64,000 nt of DNA from Cetorhinus maximus (Eukaryota), in NCBI RefSeq assembly GCF_964194155.1, contig NC_135901.1:33976001-34040000 (forward strand), in the 5' to 3' direction. How positions within the stretch are numbered: position 1 is the first letter of the stretch; each line of letters starts with the position of its first letter. Under the pieces are notes generated by a model, which ran no database searches, was not told where the DNA came from, and worked only from the letters and a program-made list of their open reading frames with translations. The position numbers were made by a program, and so were the translations under genes. This document shows, in pieces, positions 11,605-25,562 of this stretch.

Positions 11605-14074
11605 CTAATCCATAGAAAAGAGAAAAGCGATGCTATAAGTATGAAATAAAAACAGAAAATTTTGGAACTAAAACAGCTCTGGTTGCATCTGTGGAGAGAG
11701 GAAGTTTTCATTTCAGGTCTGTGACATTTCAGAAGAACTATACTGAATCAGTGCACAGACCTGAAAACATAACTCTGGTTCTCAACCCACAAAAATTCCC
11801 AGATATGCTGAGTATTTCCATTATTTTCTGCTTTTATCTCTGGTTAAAGATGTTGCTTCTGAATTAGACATTGGATTTATTGGTGACTAACTTATATTTA
11901 TTCTTGTCTATCTGCAAGTGGAAACACCTTCCAAACCCTTTTCTAATATTAACAGCTTCGATCAGGTCGTGCCTCACCCTATTCTCCACAGAAAACATTT
12001 TTAACCTGCTCAATCTCTGTTGAATGCGATAAATTTCCAATTCTGGCATAATTCCAGTAAATCTTTCTTGCACCTTCTTCAGTGCTTCTAGATCCATCTA
12101 ATAATTTAAAGAGGGGGGATAACTTGAGACTTCAAACTCATCATTTCTCCAAAATATTGGAAGGATCTGTATTGCAGTGGGAGAGAGGACTATGATTCCA
12201 AGCTGTTAGTCACTAACCTGTATTTCAGCCCACAAGCAGAACTTAAGATGAAATGAACACATCCAGTGAAAAGATTTAGGAAGTCGGTGTGACTTTTATT
12301 TGTGACTAACTACCTCTTGTATTTTGTAAATACTGTTCAGAGATTTAGCGACTGGGATATCATCTACCTGCGATTTCCTGAGCCCGTGCTTGATGCAGTG
12401 GGAGATTTGGCCCCGGTTGCAGTATCAGCGTCCCAGAGATGGACAGTAACCCGCTGATTGAAACTGCAAACGCCGCTTTCCCCTGCTGGTGATTGGAGAG
12501 TGACAGGCGGAATATTGTTGCTTTTCAACTTTTCCCTGTCTCACTCACTATGGAGCTGAGGAAGTGCGAATAATTGATGGCTTTGTTTGAATACAATAAC
12601 TTCATAGATTTCTAATGGGTTAGATGCAAGTACAAGGTAGATCGAATTGTTTTCCCATTAGAAGCTAAATGGCAAGCAGAGATACAGATTCATGAATCAA
12701 TGAAAGTAGCAGCTCTCCCACTGAAACCTCGCTCAGGTAAATGGTGAGAAAATATCTGGTGATACAAGTTTTACAGGATCAATTTCATGAATATGTCCAA
12801 CCAGCATTAGTAACCCCAACACCGACAGAGTTCAATCAACACAACCAATAAATACTGAAAACTCACCTCTTCACAGATGCTGCCTTGTCAGCTAAATATT
12901 AGCAGAATTCTCCCGGTTCAGACTCAGAGGGAGAATGGGAGCAGGGAGAAGAGAATTTTCTGCTTCATGTTGAGAACATTGTTGGGAACTAGACAGAGCA
13001 GTTCTGATGAATCATGTATCCCAAGCTGCTCATGCTCCTGAATACTTCCAGCTTTGTTTTTTACTTTTAAATTTCAGAATTTATCTTCTGTAATTATAAT
13101 TTTTACAGGCCTGTATTTCATTTGATTCCAAACATGTTTTCAATTTGTGATTAATAGTTATTTGTTTTGTGTATTCATACATGGAATGTGAGACAGCATA
13201 TATTGCCCATCACTAATTGCCCTTGAGAAGTTGGTGGTGACCCGCCTTCTTGAACCGCTTCAGTCCATGTGGTGTTAGAATGCTGTTAGAGAGGGCTTAA
13301 TTAGGATACAAATTAATAAATTACTTACGATACTACCTTTCAGAGCCCATAATTAAACCTGGTTCAAATATATTAAGTAGAGAAATTAAAGCAATGTTAT
13401 TCAAAGGGTACTGAAACAAGATATTTATTCACATGGTGATGTTAAACAGTGCACTTTTATTTAATTGATTTATTAACCTGTGTGTGCTGCTCACCTGTGT
13501 TTTCCAACCCATTTTGAAGACTCCAGACGACCAAAGAAAGCAATCAGATTTAAATCAGCAACCTCAAACTTTATATTAACCCCCTTTCAGCATCAGGTGA
13601 GTTTTTTGTGCTATCCAAACTTCACAAAATCCAAAGGAAGACATTTTATTAAATGGAAGTGGCTTCCATCCTATTTTAACTGGATATCCTTAATTATTGC
13701 TCACATGTCCTCTGAAGGCTGCAGTGCATTTATAACATTTAACTGTTAAGCTGGTTAAGATCACTGCTCTAAATGGAGAAATCCAGCTAAGATGATAGTT
13801 GTAACTGTTTGTAAATATCAGGCTCCAGGTCAGTAGTTGGAATTGTTTATTTTAAGATTCTATATGAGAAACACATTGTGACACTTGTTGTGTGATGTTT
13901 GATGTATAACTTATGGACACGGGCTCCAATACTTTAAGTATATTTGTAAAGTTAAATAATGGTCTGTTTTATAACGAGAGGTGCAATAACCACATAATGT
14001 TCGATTTCTTATTTTAAATGCAAAGGTGGGGCTGTTTTCAGGATGAGCTGCTCTTGTAAAGCCAGGACATCTGT

Positions 14075-14290
14075 ATGAGTAATCTAGAGGCCCAGGCTAA
14101 TGCTCTGAGGACACGGGTTGAAATCCCACCAGGGCAGCTGGTGGAATTTAAATTCAATTAATAAATCTGTCATCACAAGCAAGATGACAATGACCCAATC
14201 ATCATTTGTCGTAAAAAAAAATCTGATTACTCATGTCCTCCAGGGAAGGAAACCTGCCGTCCTTATCTGGTCTGGCCTACACATGACTGA
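14075..14290 (+). mobile_element. tRNA-derived SINE
   Basis: B-box-like gggttgaaatcccacc, body ggtggaatttaaattcaattaataaatctg..gggaaggaaacctgccgtccttatctggtctggcctac. Confidence 0.65.
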
Positions 14291-15278
14291 TAAATAAGAT
14301 AAATAAACTAAGGATAAGAAAAAAATGCTCTAAGTAACTGATTGTACTAAGTAACTGGTGGTAATTTAACCTGGAATCACCGTGGGTGATATTAACCTAA
14401 TAATAATTCCCATGACATCCCAGCTGACCAAAGTCTGTCCCAATCCATGTGAATGATAAATGGGTTCTCACAGTAACGGGAGATTCATTTATTAGTGAAG
14501 CTTCATCTACTGTACACAATATTTCATGCTGCCATTTATCCGTTGATGCGTTTTTGACATCCAAAAGTTTCAGGATTATCAAAAAGAAACAGACTGATTC
14601 TTCCAAAAAGTCCATGTCGGTGTTTAAACTCCACAACAGAATTAGTTCTAATCTCACAGACCCGCCAATCCACCACGATCTTTCTCCCCCTGTCATTCAC
14701 TCACCTTTTTAACCTGGTTCTTCTGTGTTGCCCTGGTCTCTGCTTCAAACCATGACTCTGTTAACACATGGAGAAAACAACTCATCCAGCCCAGGATAAA
14801 ACCCAAATGTTCAAATATTTCTCCCCAGCTGTACTTCCACACACCAGACAGAATGTCAGCGACTGAGCTGGATCCTTTCTGTCCCCTCAGCTCCAGTCCT
14901 ACCGTGTGGAGCTGAACAACAGCGATTTTCACTGATTGACATTTAAACCAATAAAACACTGTAAAGCAATTCACAGGAAGCATTGCCAAAGTTTGATAGT
15001 GACCCACCCAGAAGGAGATATTAGGAAGGGTGGCCAGGAATTTGGTAAAAGGGGTAAGTTTAAAGGAGGTGAGAGAGTGACAGAGGCAGAGAGTTTGAGG
15101 GAGGGAATTCCATTGTTTGGAGCCTCGGCAGCTGAAAGTGAAAGAAAGGTGAAGGTGAGATGAAAGATGAAATTGCTGCTGAGGGCTGAATAGTGAATTG
15201 ACTGACTTTCTGAAAAGGTCTGATCCATTTTTCAGAAGTGAGTCAAATCGCGGTGTCACAGGAAAGTACAGCACAGAA

Positions 15279-15632
15279 GGAGGCGGTTTGACCCACTGTG
15301 TCTGCATTGACAGTGCAGTCAGTCCCACATCCCCACCCTTTCCTCACCCAGGAGGTGGTTTGACCCACTGTGTCTGCACTGGCAGTGCAGTCAGTCCCAC
15401 TTCCACACCCTGTCCCCACACAGGAGGTGGTTTGACCCACTGTATCTGCATTGGCAGTGCAGTCAGTCCCACTTCCACACCCTGTCCCCACACAGGAGGT
15501 GGTTTGACCCACTGTGTCTGCATTGGCAGTGCAGTCAGTCTCACTTCCACACCCTATCTCTGCACTGAAGGCAGTTTGACCCACTGTGTCTGCACTGGCA
15601 GTGCAGTCAGTCCCACTTCCCCGCCCTTTCCC
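15279..15632 (+). repeat. 72-bp tandem repeat x5, derived from a CR1 3' end
   Basis: Units ggaggtggtttgacccactgtgtctgc..agtcccacttccacacc start at 15279, 15351, 15423, 15495 and 15567. Confidence 0.9.
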
Positions 15633-17936
15633 CAAGTTGCTGCAGATTTTCCTCCTTCTAGTCTTCCCTTTTCAAGGTTGCAATTCATTCTATTTACTTT
15701 ATCCTATTCGGCAGTGATTTCCAAATGCTAAATGATGGTTTTTTTTTAAAAAAAAACATCTTGTTACCTCTGGTACTTCAGACAGTCATCTTAAATTGGT
15801 GCCATCTGGTTATCGACCCTGTTTGAAGCAGTTTCTATTTAATTACTCTCTCTGAACCTTTCATGATCTTATGATTCAGCTCAATCACAATTCCTCTTAT
15901 CCTTCTCGGCTTTAAGAAGAACAACCTCAGATTCTTCAGTCTATGAACTGAACTGTACTTCCTCATTTCTGAATTTGAACATGGGTTTGTATCACAACCG
16001 CGTTTTCTCCATAACCAGAAATTGTTTAGGTGAAGAGTTAATGGATAACAGCAGCATTGGCAAATTTTAAGGAATATTTTTCTGGCAGTGAAAGGACACA
16101 TAAAAAAGCCTGGAACTATGAGGCAGTCAATACCCAAGGGGGTAAAAAGAGAACAATATTAGGCTGTGCTCGATCTACCAATCTCTCATACAATTGTTAA
16201 ATGTAATAACCAAAAACACCACGGAAACATGTACCAAGGTGAGTTGCAAGATATCCTAAAGCTGGTATTAACAAGCTGAAGTTTCAGATTGTTGCCACAG
16301 TAATTGCAGTTGTCCTCATTCCGTTTCTGTTACTGATGGACAGCAATAGGATGTAAGGCATGACGGATAAACTGACTAAAGGGATGATGCTGCGAGGCTA
16401 AATGTGGGTGGTAAAGGGATAGGCTTTCCTGCTTGATGTTCAATCCGGCAGAAATATCATTCCTGATCAAACAATCACAGCCACTATTTCAAAGCAGCAA
16501 GCCAAACCGAGAGGTGTAACTTCCTATAATTTTATATTTCCCCAACAACACAGTTGTTTTTTTCACTCTCATTCCGCCATTTTATAACCCAATCTAGCGA
16601 AATATATTTTCTTACCTTGTATCCTGTTCGTTTGAAGTCAAGGCACGGAGCAAATTCACCATGTTTTCTTGTCATTTCTCGAATGAGATTTGGAACCAGA
16701 CTAGTTGAAGGACACTTTTATCGGTGCCAATCCTTCACTGTCTCTCACTGTTTCAAAACAGGTACTGTTATCATCAGCCTGTTATGTATCTTCAGTACAT
16801 CATCTGAACAACAAAAGCTCATCATAGCTCCGCATTCTCCACATTGAAAACCTGTTTGAAAATATAAACAACTTCAAAGCTTAACAACGCACACAAGACT
16901 GGAAGGAGAATGAGACTGTGGATAATTGGCACTGTGCACATTCCTGTAATCAGGATCTGGGAGAATCAGGGAGATGAGTTCCTGCTTCTCTTTACCGTGT
17001 CATCTCCAAACCCATCTCTTCTCAATGCCTTGTGTCTTCCATGTCTAGTCCCTGCTTTCAGGGATAGATTGGGTTCCCGATCTGACTGTGTCTGCGTCAA
17101 GCAGCTAATTGACCTGGAAGCTGGACAGGGAGAGGGAGCAGGAGCCGAGGCGGGGATTGAAGCAGAAAGCGAGGCGGGGATTGAAGCAGAAAGAGATGTG
17201 ACATGGCAGTGTTTAGAATTTGACGTGTGTCAGTTGCTTTTAGTGATGAATGTCTGCAGTGCATTGCCGTGTAAGTTTCACAAGAACTGCAATGGTTAAG
17301 TTGGTGCGTTTTGGAAATTGAAGGTTGCACACCCACAGCTGGTGGGACTATTTCACCTCCCTGTCAATTTCATGTACCTGTCAACAGCATTCAGTGTTGT
17401 CATTGGCTGAACAAGTCATTTGTGTTCTATGTAAACACCCCATTTTGCCTCTGGTGAATGTGGTCTGAAGTGAAGAAATTGCGAAATCACTGTGGATCAG
17501 CCATGGTCCCTCTAGGTGGTGGACGCTGAGGGTTTCAGTGGTTTTGTCAATGTTCTGGTCAAGTTGTAGATTTAAAAAGTTCCTCTCGCCTGCCTCTCCC
17601 GCCTCTGTTTCCATCTCTTTCACCTTCCTTAGATTCCACCAGACTGGGTGGCAGGTTTCCTTCCCAGTTGGGTTTTTATGACAATCCAGCAGTTTTCATG
17701 GTCACTTTTTCCTAGTGCCGGCCCCACAAATTACCAGATTCATACAACTCAATTTCACAACTTGTCTTTCTGTTTTTGTGGGTTCTCTATCACTCCATTG
17801 TTTTCCTGTTTTAAATCAATTTCACAGGGTATGAGAAGGGAAGGATTTGCAGCCAGGAAACTGAAACCAAACATCACATCAGGATCTGATGGAGTCGCCC
17901 AATCTATCGAAACCTGAATATCATCGGATTTCGAAC

Positions 17937-18723
17937 TTGGAAGGAAAAAGCACCGTTCACGGTGGGGAGAAGCCTTACATGTTTTCTGTGTGTGGGTGAG
18001 GCTTCAGCTGATCATCTGGCCTGTGAGAACGTAAAAGCAGTTACGACGGGGAGAAACCGTAGAAATGTGTGGATTGTGGGAAAGGATTTGGTTACCCAAC
18101 CCAGCTGGAAATTCATCGGCGCAGTCACACTGGGGAGAGAACATTCACCTGCTCCGAGCATGGGAAGGGATTCAGATGGTCATCACACTTGCTTAAACAC
18201 CAGCAATATCACACTGGGGCGAGACCTCTTAATTGCCCAGACTGTGGGAAGTGATTTAAAAGTTCTGGGAACCTTATGTCCCATCAACATGTTCACACTG
18301 ACGAGAGAGCATTCAGGTGCTCTCACTGCAGGACTGGGTTCAGACGATCATATGACCTCACATTACACCAGCAAGTTCACACTGGGGAGAGACCGTTCAC
18401 CTGCTCTGAGTGTGGGAAGGGATTCAGTAAGTCATCCCACCTGCTGTGTCACCAGTGCACTCACACTGGAGAAAGACCATTCACCTGCTCCATATGTGGG
18501 GAGGGATTCACTCACTTCTACAACCTGCTGAGACACCAGCGCTCCCACACTGGGAGAAGGTGATTCACCTGCACTTTGTGTGAAAAGGGATTTACTGATT
18601 CATCCAACTTGTTTAAATACCAACACATTCACAGTAGGGAGAGGCCGTTCACCTGCTCCGAGTGTGGGAAGGGATTCAATGAGTCATCCCACCTCCTGAG
18701 GCACAAGTGAGTTCACAAGTAAC
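17937..18723 (+). pseudogene. C2H2 zinc-finger pseudogene
   Basis: Family ATG replaced by TTG (aacttggaaggaaaaagc). Fingers are split across ORFs 18069..18254 and 18276..18563 by in-frame stops. Family 3'UTR with AATAAA near 18845. Confidence 0.85.
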
Positions 18724-18904
18724 TATAATGATTGGATTTTGCCATTAAACACATCCAGACTGAACCAGGTTCTTTGAGGTCTGCTTCTGCTGATGTTAAT
18801 AAACTCCAGCCAGTTACAGGGGTTAATATTCTGGATAAAAGTCAAATAAATCAGCTTTGTGAAAAACATGGTTTGTTGAATCATTTACTATCTCGAACAC
18901 AAGT

Positions 18905-19590
18905 TAGTTCCTTTTGAAGGGCTCTCCCTCTCCCCTGTCACTTTCATCCTCACCTCCAACAACAAGTGTGAGGAGCTCATGGAGCTTCTTTGTCACTAAG
19001 ATTGAGACAATCCAATCAGCTGCCTCTGCTACTCCCCTTCCACTAGCCCACTGGGACAAACTGTCTCTAAAGTTCCCCGTTGTCTGAGCTCTGAACTCAC
19101 ATCTTTCTTTAGTTTCTCTACCATCTCCCCTCATGCCCTCTCAGTGCTCATCTTGTCCATGAGACCCATCTCCTGCTCCATTGACCTTATTCCCGCTAAA
19201 CTGCTGATCACCTAACTTCCCCATTTTCACTGATATTGTTAATAGTTCTCTCTTTTCAGGTCGTTCCTTCTAATCTGCCATCATCACCCCTTCCTTAAAA
19301 ACAAGTCTTTGATTCCACCGTCCTTGCAACTACTGCCCCATCTGCAACCTCCCTTTCCTCTCCAAACTCCTTGGACGTGTTGTCACCTCCCAAATCCATG
19401 CCCATCTTTCCCAGAACTCCCTGTCCATATCCCTCCAATGAGGTTTCTGCCCCTGCCGCAGTCCTGAAACAACTCTGATCAAAGCCACCAATAACATCCT
19501 ATGCGACTGTGACAAAGGTAAACTCTCCCTTCTGGTCCTTCTTGACCTGTCTGTAGCCTTTGACGAGGCTGACCACACCTTCTCCAGTGC
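18905..19590 (+). mobile_element. L2-type LINE RT fragment
   Basis: Degenerate NYRPISNLPFLSKLLE..GF.PCRS.ETTLIK.TN.IL..LLVLLDLS.AFD. The same junction follows the ZNF polyA signal at 47066, 58667 and 33787. Confidence 0.75.
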
Positions 19591-20154
19591 TACTCGATCC
19601 ATCTCATCATATGGAGATAGAGATAATCCATGTCACTCGTGCCCCAAATTCCTGTATGTTGGAAGGATCAGTACTGCAGTGGGAGAGTGGGCTGTGGTTT
19701 CGAGCTGTTATTCACCATCCTCAATTTCCATCATTCTCCCATTAGCTGAAAATAAGATGAGATGAAATGAGCTGATCCAATGAGCGGAGGGCTGTTTTCA
19801 TTCTAAATCCGCCACTTATCCCATTAAGAATAGCTGTCAGGGAATGGCTAGATTTCAGCACAGTACCAGTGTAAAGTTAATTAACATGATTGCCAAGCAG
19901 CGATGAGGTGAATTTGCAATTCCTGTGCACCTTGTTTACACATTTTCCAGATTAAAACTTGAATTGAAAATATTATTCCCCATCTTCACTATATTCAAGA
20001 TGGGAAGCCATCAATATTTGGATGCTCTGGGACACTCAATGGATACTGGGATAGGGTGAGAAAATAGAGTGGAGGTGGAAGATCATTTAATGATGGAGCA
20101 GGCTGAAGGGGCAGTATGGTCTACCCCTGCTCCTATTTCTTGTGTTCTTATAAA

Positions 20155-21567
20155 CATCACTGTGGATCATTTCCATGCAAGCAAAGTGGATGCAGCACCC
20201 ACCTATTCACCTCCTTTCCCACGTACCAGGACCCCCAAACATACCTTCCAGCGATTTACTTGTACTTCTTGCTATTTAGCATTGTGTATTCACTTCTCAT
20301 GACGTGGTCTCCTCTACGAAGAAGAATCTAAATCCCGATTGGGTAACTGCTTTGTGGAACATCACCTTTCAGTCTGAGAGTGTGATCCTGAGCTCCCAGT
20401 CTTACCAATTTAATTCTCCACCCAATCCCGCTCTGATCTCGGCCTCCTGCATTGTTCCAATGAAGCTCAATGAAGCTCTCAGAACAGCAGCTCATCTTTG
20501 ATTAGACACTCCTCGACGCAAGATTCATTTCAACAATTTCAGATCATGACAATCGCTCCCATTATTTCAGACAGTAGGTGCTGGTAATGTTTCTGCTGTT
20601 ACCATTTATCCCCCTTCTGGACCTGTCTTTTGTTTCTCCACTTCTCCATTAATTTATTTACTTGTCCCATTATCACCCAGTGTTGCCTTGCACCATCACA
20701 GAATCACAGTGCAGAAGAGGCCCTTCGGCCCATCGGGTCTGCACTGACACGTGAGAAACACCTGACCTACCTACCTAATCCCATTTACCAGCATCTTGGC
20801 CCAGTTGAATGTTATGATGTGCCAAGTGCTCATCCAGGTACTTTTTAAAGGCTGTGAGGCAACCCGCCTCCACCACCCTCCAGGCAGTGCATTCCAGACT
20901 GTCACCACCCTCTGGGTAAAAAGGTTTTTCCTCACATCCCCCCTAAACCTCCTGCCCCTCACCATGAACTTATGCCCCCTTGTGACTGACCTTTCAACTA
21001 AGGGGAACAGCTGTTCCCTATCCACCCTGTTCATGCCCCTCATAATCTTGTACACCTCCATCAGGTCGCCCCTCAGTCTTCTCTGCTCCAACAAAAGCAG
21101 CCCAAGTCTATCCAACCTCTCTTCATAACTTAAATGTTTCATCCCAGGCAACACCCTGGTGAATCTCCTCTGCACCCTCTCCAGTGCAATCACATCCTTC
21201 CTATAATGTGGCGACCAGAACTGCACACAGTACTCCAGCTGTGGCCTCACCAAGGTTCTATACAACTCCAACATGACCTCCCTACTTTTGTAATCTATGC
21301 CTCGATTGATAAAGGCAAGTGTCCCATATGTCTTCATCCCCTTTGTCATTTAATCATGGATGCCTTCCATCCTATCCTGTTCTTTCCTTCTCTCGCTATC
21401 TCTTTTCCCTGACCCTGTACTTGTTTGTAAGCTATTAATCTCTAAACTCTACCAGACCTGAAACATTCACTCTGTTTCCCTCTCCATAGAAGCTGTTTGA
21501 CCTGCTGAGAGTTTCCAACATTTTCTGTTTTGAGATCCGATTTCCAGCATCTGCAGTATCTTGTTTT
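20155..21567 (+). mobile_element. Penelope-like element GIY-YIG/3' remnant (interrupted by CR1)
   Basis: Degenerate FPC..C..C.FTS..QGPK..FQ..RFTCTS..CI..GLLY..RLG.CF.EH..EQQLIF. Terminal gacctgaaacattcactctgtttc..gacctgctgag..ttccagcatctgcagta. Confidence 0.75.
20696..21334 (-). mobile_element. CR1 3' fragment nested in a Penelope remnant
   Basis: ORF 20771..21349 is a CR1 RT C-terminus. Same family as the 11.1, 28.9 and 61.5 kb copies. Confidence 0.88.
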
Positions 21568-21718
21568 GGGGTCACAGTGGGTCAGTTTTCTCTGACTTTT
21601 CGTTCCCTGTTTAAAGATGATGAAGAGATTTTAAAGAATGAGACAATAACTGTTCCCCTGTTCGACATGAAACTAAGCTCACTGTTAATTCCTCCTCAGT
21701 AACAATTGTAAACACAAA

Positions 21719-21789
21719 GTTTCCAGCCGGGATTGAACCGGGGACTTTCTTATGTAAAGTAAAGGTGATAATCAGTGCACTGGGGAAAT
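21719..21789 (-). tRNA. tRNA-Val(TAC)-like pseudogene
   Basis: Reverse complement atttccccagtgcactgattatcacctttactTTACAtaagaaagtccccggttcaatcccggctggaaac, with an intact T-arm/B-box. Lies ~150 bp upstream of, and divergent from, a ZNF promoter. Confidence 0.62.
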
Positions 21790-21899
21790 GAGTGTGAATC
21801 CCCCCCCGGACAGAGGGGAACTGACCATCCATCTCTAGCTCTAATTCCCAAACAGAAAATGCTGCCAAGAATCAGCAAGTCAGGCTGAGTCTGTGGCCG

Positions 21900-22350
21900 C
21901 TCTCAGCGTTTGAAACCGTCACAATGCCCGGCTTGATTGACGGCAGCTCCGGACCAATAGAGGGAGGGGGCGGGGCTGGAGGACCGACGGAGAGCGGCTG
22001 GTCCTCCAGCCAATCGGAATGAGCTAGGGGCGGGGCCGGGCTGAGAATGAAGCATGCGCAGGGTGGGTAATGGCGATGAAGAGACGTTTCTTTCTCCGAT
22101 CCTAAATCGGTGAGTGGGTGACTGGCGGGGCGGAGGGCGCGATCGATCCGGCAGGTGGGGGGGAGGCTTCGTAAACATGTTATGTGAACCGCAAACTCGG
22201 AAAAAGAACTTTCCTGTGTCTGCGGTACCGTCCCCCTCGTTTATACCGAGCTAGGCCGCGGCTTTGTTTCAGGTGCAGACCCGGGTTAACGGCCGCCATC
22301 TTTATTGGGGGCAATGTGCAGTAGGGCGCATGCGCGGCCGCCATTCTCAT
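21900..22350 (+). promoter_or_regulatory. CpG-island promoter / non-coding exon 1 of the 25.6 kb ZNF
   Basis: CCAAT boxes (21954, 22010), GC boxes ggggcgggg, NRF1-like gcatgcgca, donor cg|gtgagt at ~22110, YY1 gccgccatctt at ~22292, gcgcatgcgc at ~22326. Confidence 0.75.
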
Positions 22351-22387
22351 GGGGACAATGTATTTGGAATCTTCAATGACAATAACA

Positions 22388-24545
22388 TCATAAGACGTAG
22401 GAGCAGAACGTGGACCATTCGGCCCATCGAGTCTGCTCTGCCTGACGATCCTCAACGTGCTTTTTTCCCATAACCCTTGGTTCCCTTACTGATTAAAAAT
22501 CTGTCTATCTCAGCCTTGAATATACTTAACGACCCAGCCTCTACAGCCCTCTGCGGTAAAGAATTTCACAGATTAACTACCCTCTGAGAGATTAAATTGC
22601 TCCTCATCTCTGTTTTAAGTGGGCGCCCCCTTACCCTGAGATTATGCCCTCTGGTCCTAGACTCTCCCATAAGGGGAAAGAACCTCTCAGCATCAACCCT
22701 GTCAAGCCCCCTAAGAATCTTATATGTTTCAATAAGGTCACCTCTCATTATTCTAATCTCCAGTGAGTACAGGCCCAACCTACTCAACCTCTCCTCATAA
22801 GAAAATCCCTCCATCCCTGAGATCAACCTAGTGAACCTTCTCTGGACTGCATCCAATGCCAGTATATCTTTCCTTGGATAAGGGGACCAAAACTGTTCAC
22901 AGTGTTCTAGGTGTGGTCTAACAATTGTCATGTATAGGTTTAGCAAGACTTCCCTATTTTTATACTCCATTCCCTTTGAAATAAAGGCCAACATTCCATT
23001 TGCCTTCCCTATTACCTGCTGGCTAGCTTTTTGGGATTCATGCACGAGGAGTCCCAAATCCCTCTCAGCTGCAGATTTCTTCAGTCTTTCTCCATTTAAA
23101 TAATATTCAGCTTCTCTATTCTTCCTGCCAAAATGCATAACCTCACACTTTCCCACATTATATTCCACCTGCCACGTTTTTGCCCACTCACTTAACCTGT
23201 CTATATCCCTCTGTAGACTCTTTGTGTCATCTTCACCATCTTCACCTTCCAACCTATTTTTGTGTCACCCAAAACTTGGCGATAGTACATTCATTTCCCT
23301 CATCCAAGTCATTAATATATTGTAAATAATTGTGGCCCCAGCACTGATCCCTGTGGCACTCCACTAGATACAGGTTGCCATCCTGAAAATGCTGCCCCCC
23401 ACCACCCATATACCAACTCTCATTCTTCTATTAGTTAGCCAGTCCTCTATCCATGTTAATATACTACCCCCAACACCATGGGCTGTTATCTTATTATGTA
23501 GCCTTATTAAGTACCTTATCGAATGCCTTTTGGAAATCCAAATTTATCACATCTACTGGTTCCCCTTTATCTATCCCTTTGTAATCCTGTTACCCCCTCA
23601 AAGAATTCTAATAAATTTGTCAGGCATGATTTCCGCTTCATAAAGCCTGCTTGATTAGATTATATATTTCTAAATGCTCTGCTATTACATCCTTTATAAT
23701 AGACTCCAACATTTTCCCATTGACAGATGTTAATCTAACTGGCCTATAGTTAGCTGTTTTTTGTCTGCCTCCCTTTTTGAATAAACATTGGCAGTTTTCC
23801 AGTCCTCTGGGACTTTTCCAGAATCTAAGGACTCTTGGAAGATTACTACCAGTGCATCCACTATCTCTGCAGCTATTTCCTTTAATATTCTTGGATGCAA
23901 CCCATCAGGTCTAGGTGACTTATCAGCCTTTAGCCCCATTAGTTTCCCCCGTACTTTTTCTCTAGTGATAGTTATTGTATTTTTTTCCTCCCCCCTTTTC
24001 CCCATGATTATTTAGTATCTTTGGTCTGCTATTAGTGTCTTCTACTGTGAAGGCTGACGCAAAGTATTTATTCAACTCCTCTGCTATTTCCTGGTTCCCC
24101 ATTATTATTTCCCCAGCCTCATTCTCTAATTGACTTCGGCCTCTCTCTTCCTTTTTATATATTTAAAGAAGCGTTTTCTGTCCATTTTTATACTACCTGC
24201 GAGTTTACCCTCAAAGTTTATTTTCTCCCTCTTTATTATTTTTTTGGTCATGTTCTGTTGTTTTTAAAAACTTTTTAAATCCTCTGGCTTATCACTAATC
24301 TTTGTCACATTGTACGTTTTTTCTTTCACTTTGATACTACCCTTAACTTCCTTGGTTAACCATGGTTGGTTTATCCCCTTCCTAGAATCCCTCTTCCTCA
24401 CTGGGATATATCTTTGTTGTGAGTCATGAACTATTTCCTTAAATGTCTGCCATTGTTCATTAACTGTCTTTTCTGCTAAACTCTTTTCCCAGTCCACTCC
24501 AGACTATTCTGCCCTCATCCCTTTGTAATTACCCTTATTTAAGTT
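22388..24545 (-). mobile_element. CR1 LINE RT/3' fragment in the ZNF first intron
   Basis: ORFs 22566-23252, 23730-24005 and 24264-24497 are CR1 ORF2 segments. Confidence 0.88.
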
Positions 24546-25562
24546 TAGCACATATGTTTCCAAACCTGGAATCTTTGTAGGTCAGTGAGCACAGGGGTGA
24601 TGAGTGAACAAGATTTGGTGCGAGTAAGCACAAGGGCAGCAGAGTTTTGGATGACCTCAAGATTACATGGAGGTCGGAGGTGGAAGGCCGGCTGGGAGTG
24701 TGTTAGGATAGTTGAGTCTACAGGGAACAAAGGAAAGGATGAGAGTTTCAGCAGCAGATGAGCTGAGACTGGGGTGGAGTTGGGTGATGTTACTGATGTG
24801 GAAATAGGCGGTCTTGGTGATGATGTGGATATGTGGTTGGAAGCTCATCTTGGGGTGAAATATTTCACCATGGTTGTGAACCATCTAGTTCAGTCTCAGA
24901 CAGTTGTCAGGGAGATGGATGGAATCAGTGTCTAAGGAGTGGAGTTTGTAGCGGGGACTGAAGATAATGGCGTCAGTCTTCCAAATATTTAAATGGAGGA
25001 AATTTCTGTTCATCCAGTACTGGATGTCAGACAAGTCAGGATGGTGTGTGACTTGGAGGGGAACTTGGGAGTTGATAATGTTCACATGCATCTGCTACCC
25101 GGGTCCTTCTAGGTGGTAAAGGTTGAGGGTTTGGGAGATTCTGTCAAAGTTCTGATTGCGTTTTAGATTTATGAAATATTTCTCCTTCAACCTTTGCCTC
25201 TCCTAGCTCTCTCTCCTCTCTCATAGATGCCAGAGTGTTATGTGGGCCCAGACCAGGCGGCAGGTTCTCTCCCCTGAAGGACATTAGTGAACCAGTTGGG
25301 TTTTTAGAACAGTCCAGCAGTTTTCATGGTCACTTTTTCCTAGTGCCGGCCCCACAAATTACCAGGTTTATTCATTTCTGTTTCACAACCTGCCTATGTC
25401 TTTTTGTGGGTTCTCTCTCACTCCCTTTTTTCTGTTTTAAATCAATTTCACAGGGGATTAGAAGGGGAGGATTTGCAGTCGGGAAACTGAAACCAAACAT
25501 CACATCAGGATCTGACGGAGTCGCCCAATTTATCGTAACCTGAATATCATCGGATTTTGAAC

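Noticed and set aside
15279-15632. CRISPR-like regularly spaced repeat
   Set aside because: The units are contiguous and near-identical with no unique spacers, there are no cas genes, and the context is eukaryotic.
16910-17299. 129-aa ORF with a short 24-bp duplication
   Set aside because: No domain recognised and no supporting gene structure; possibly LTR-derived but unverified.
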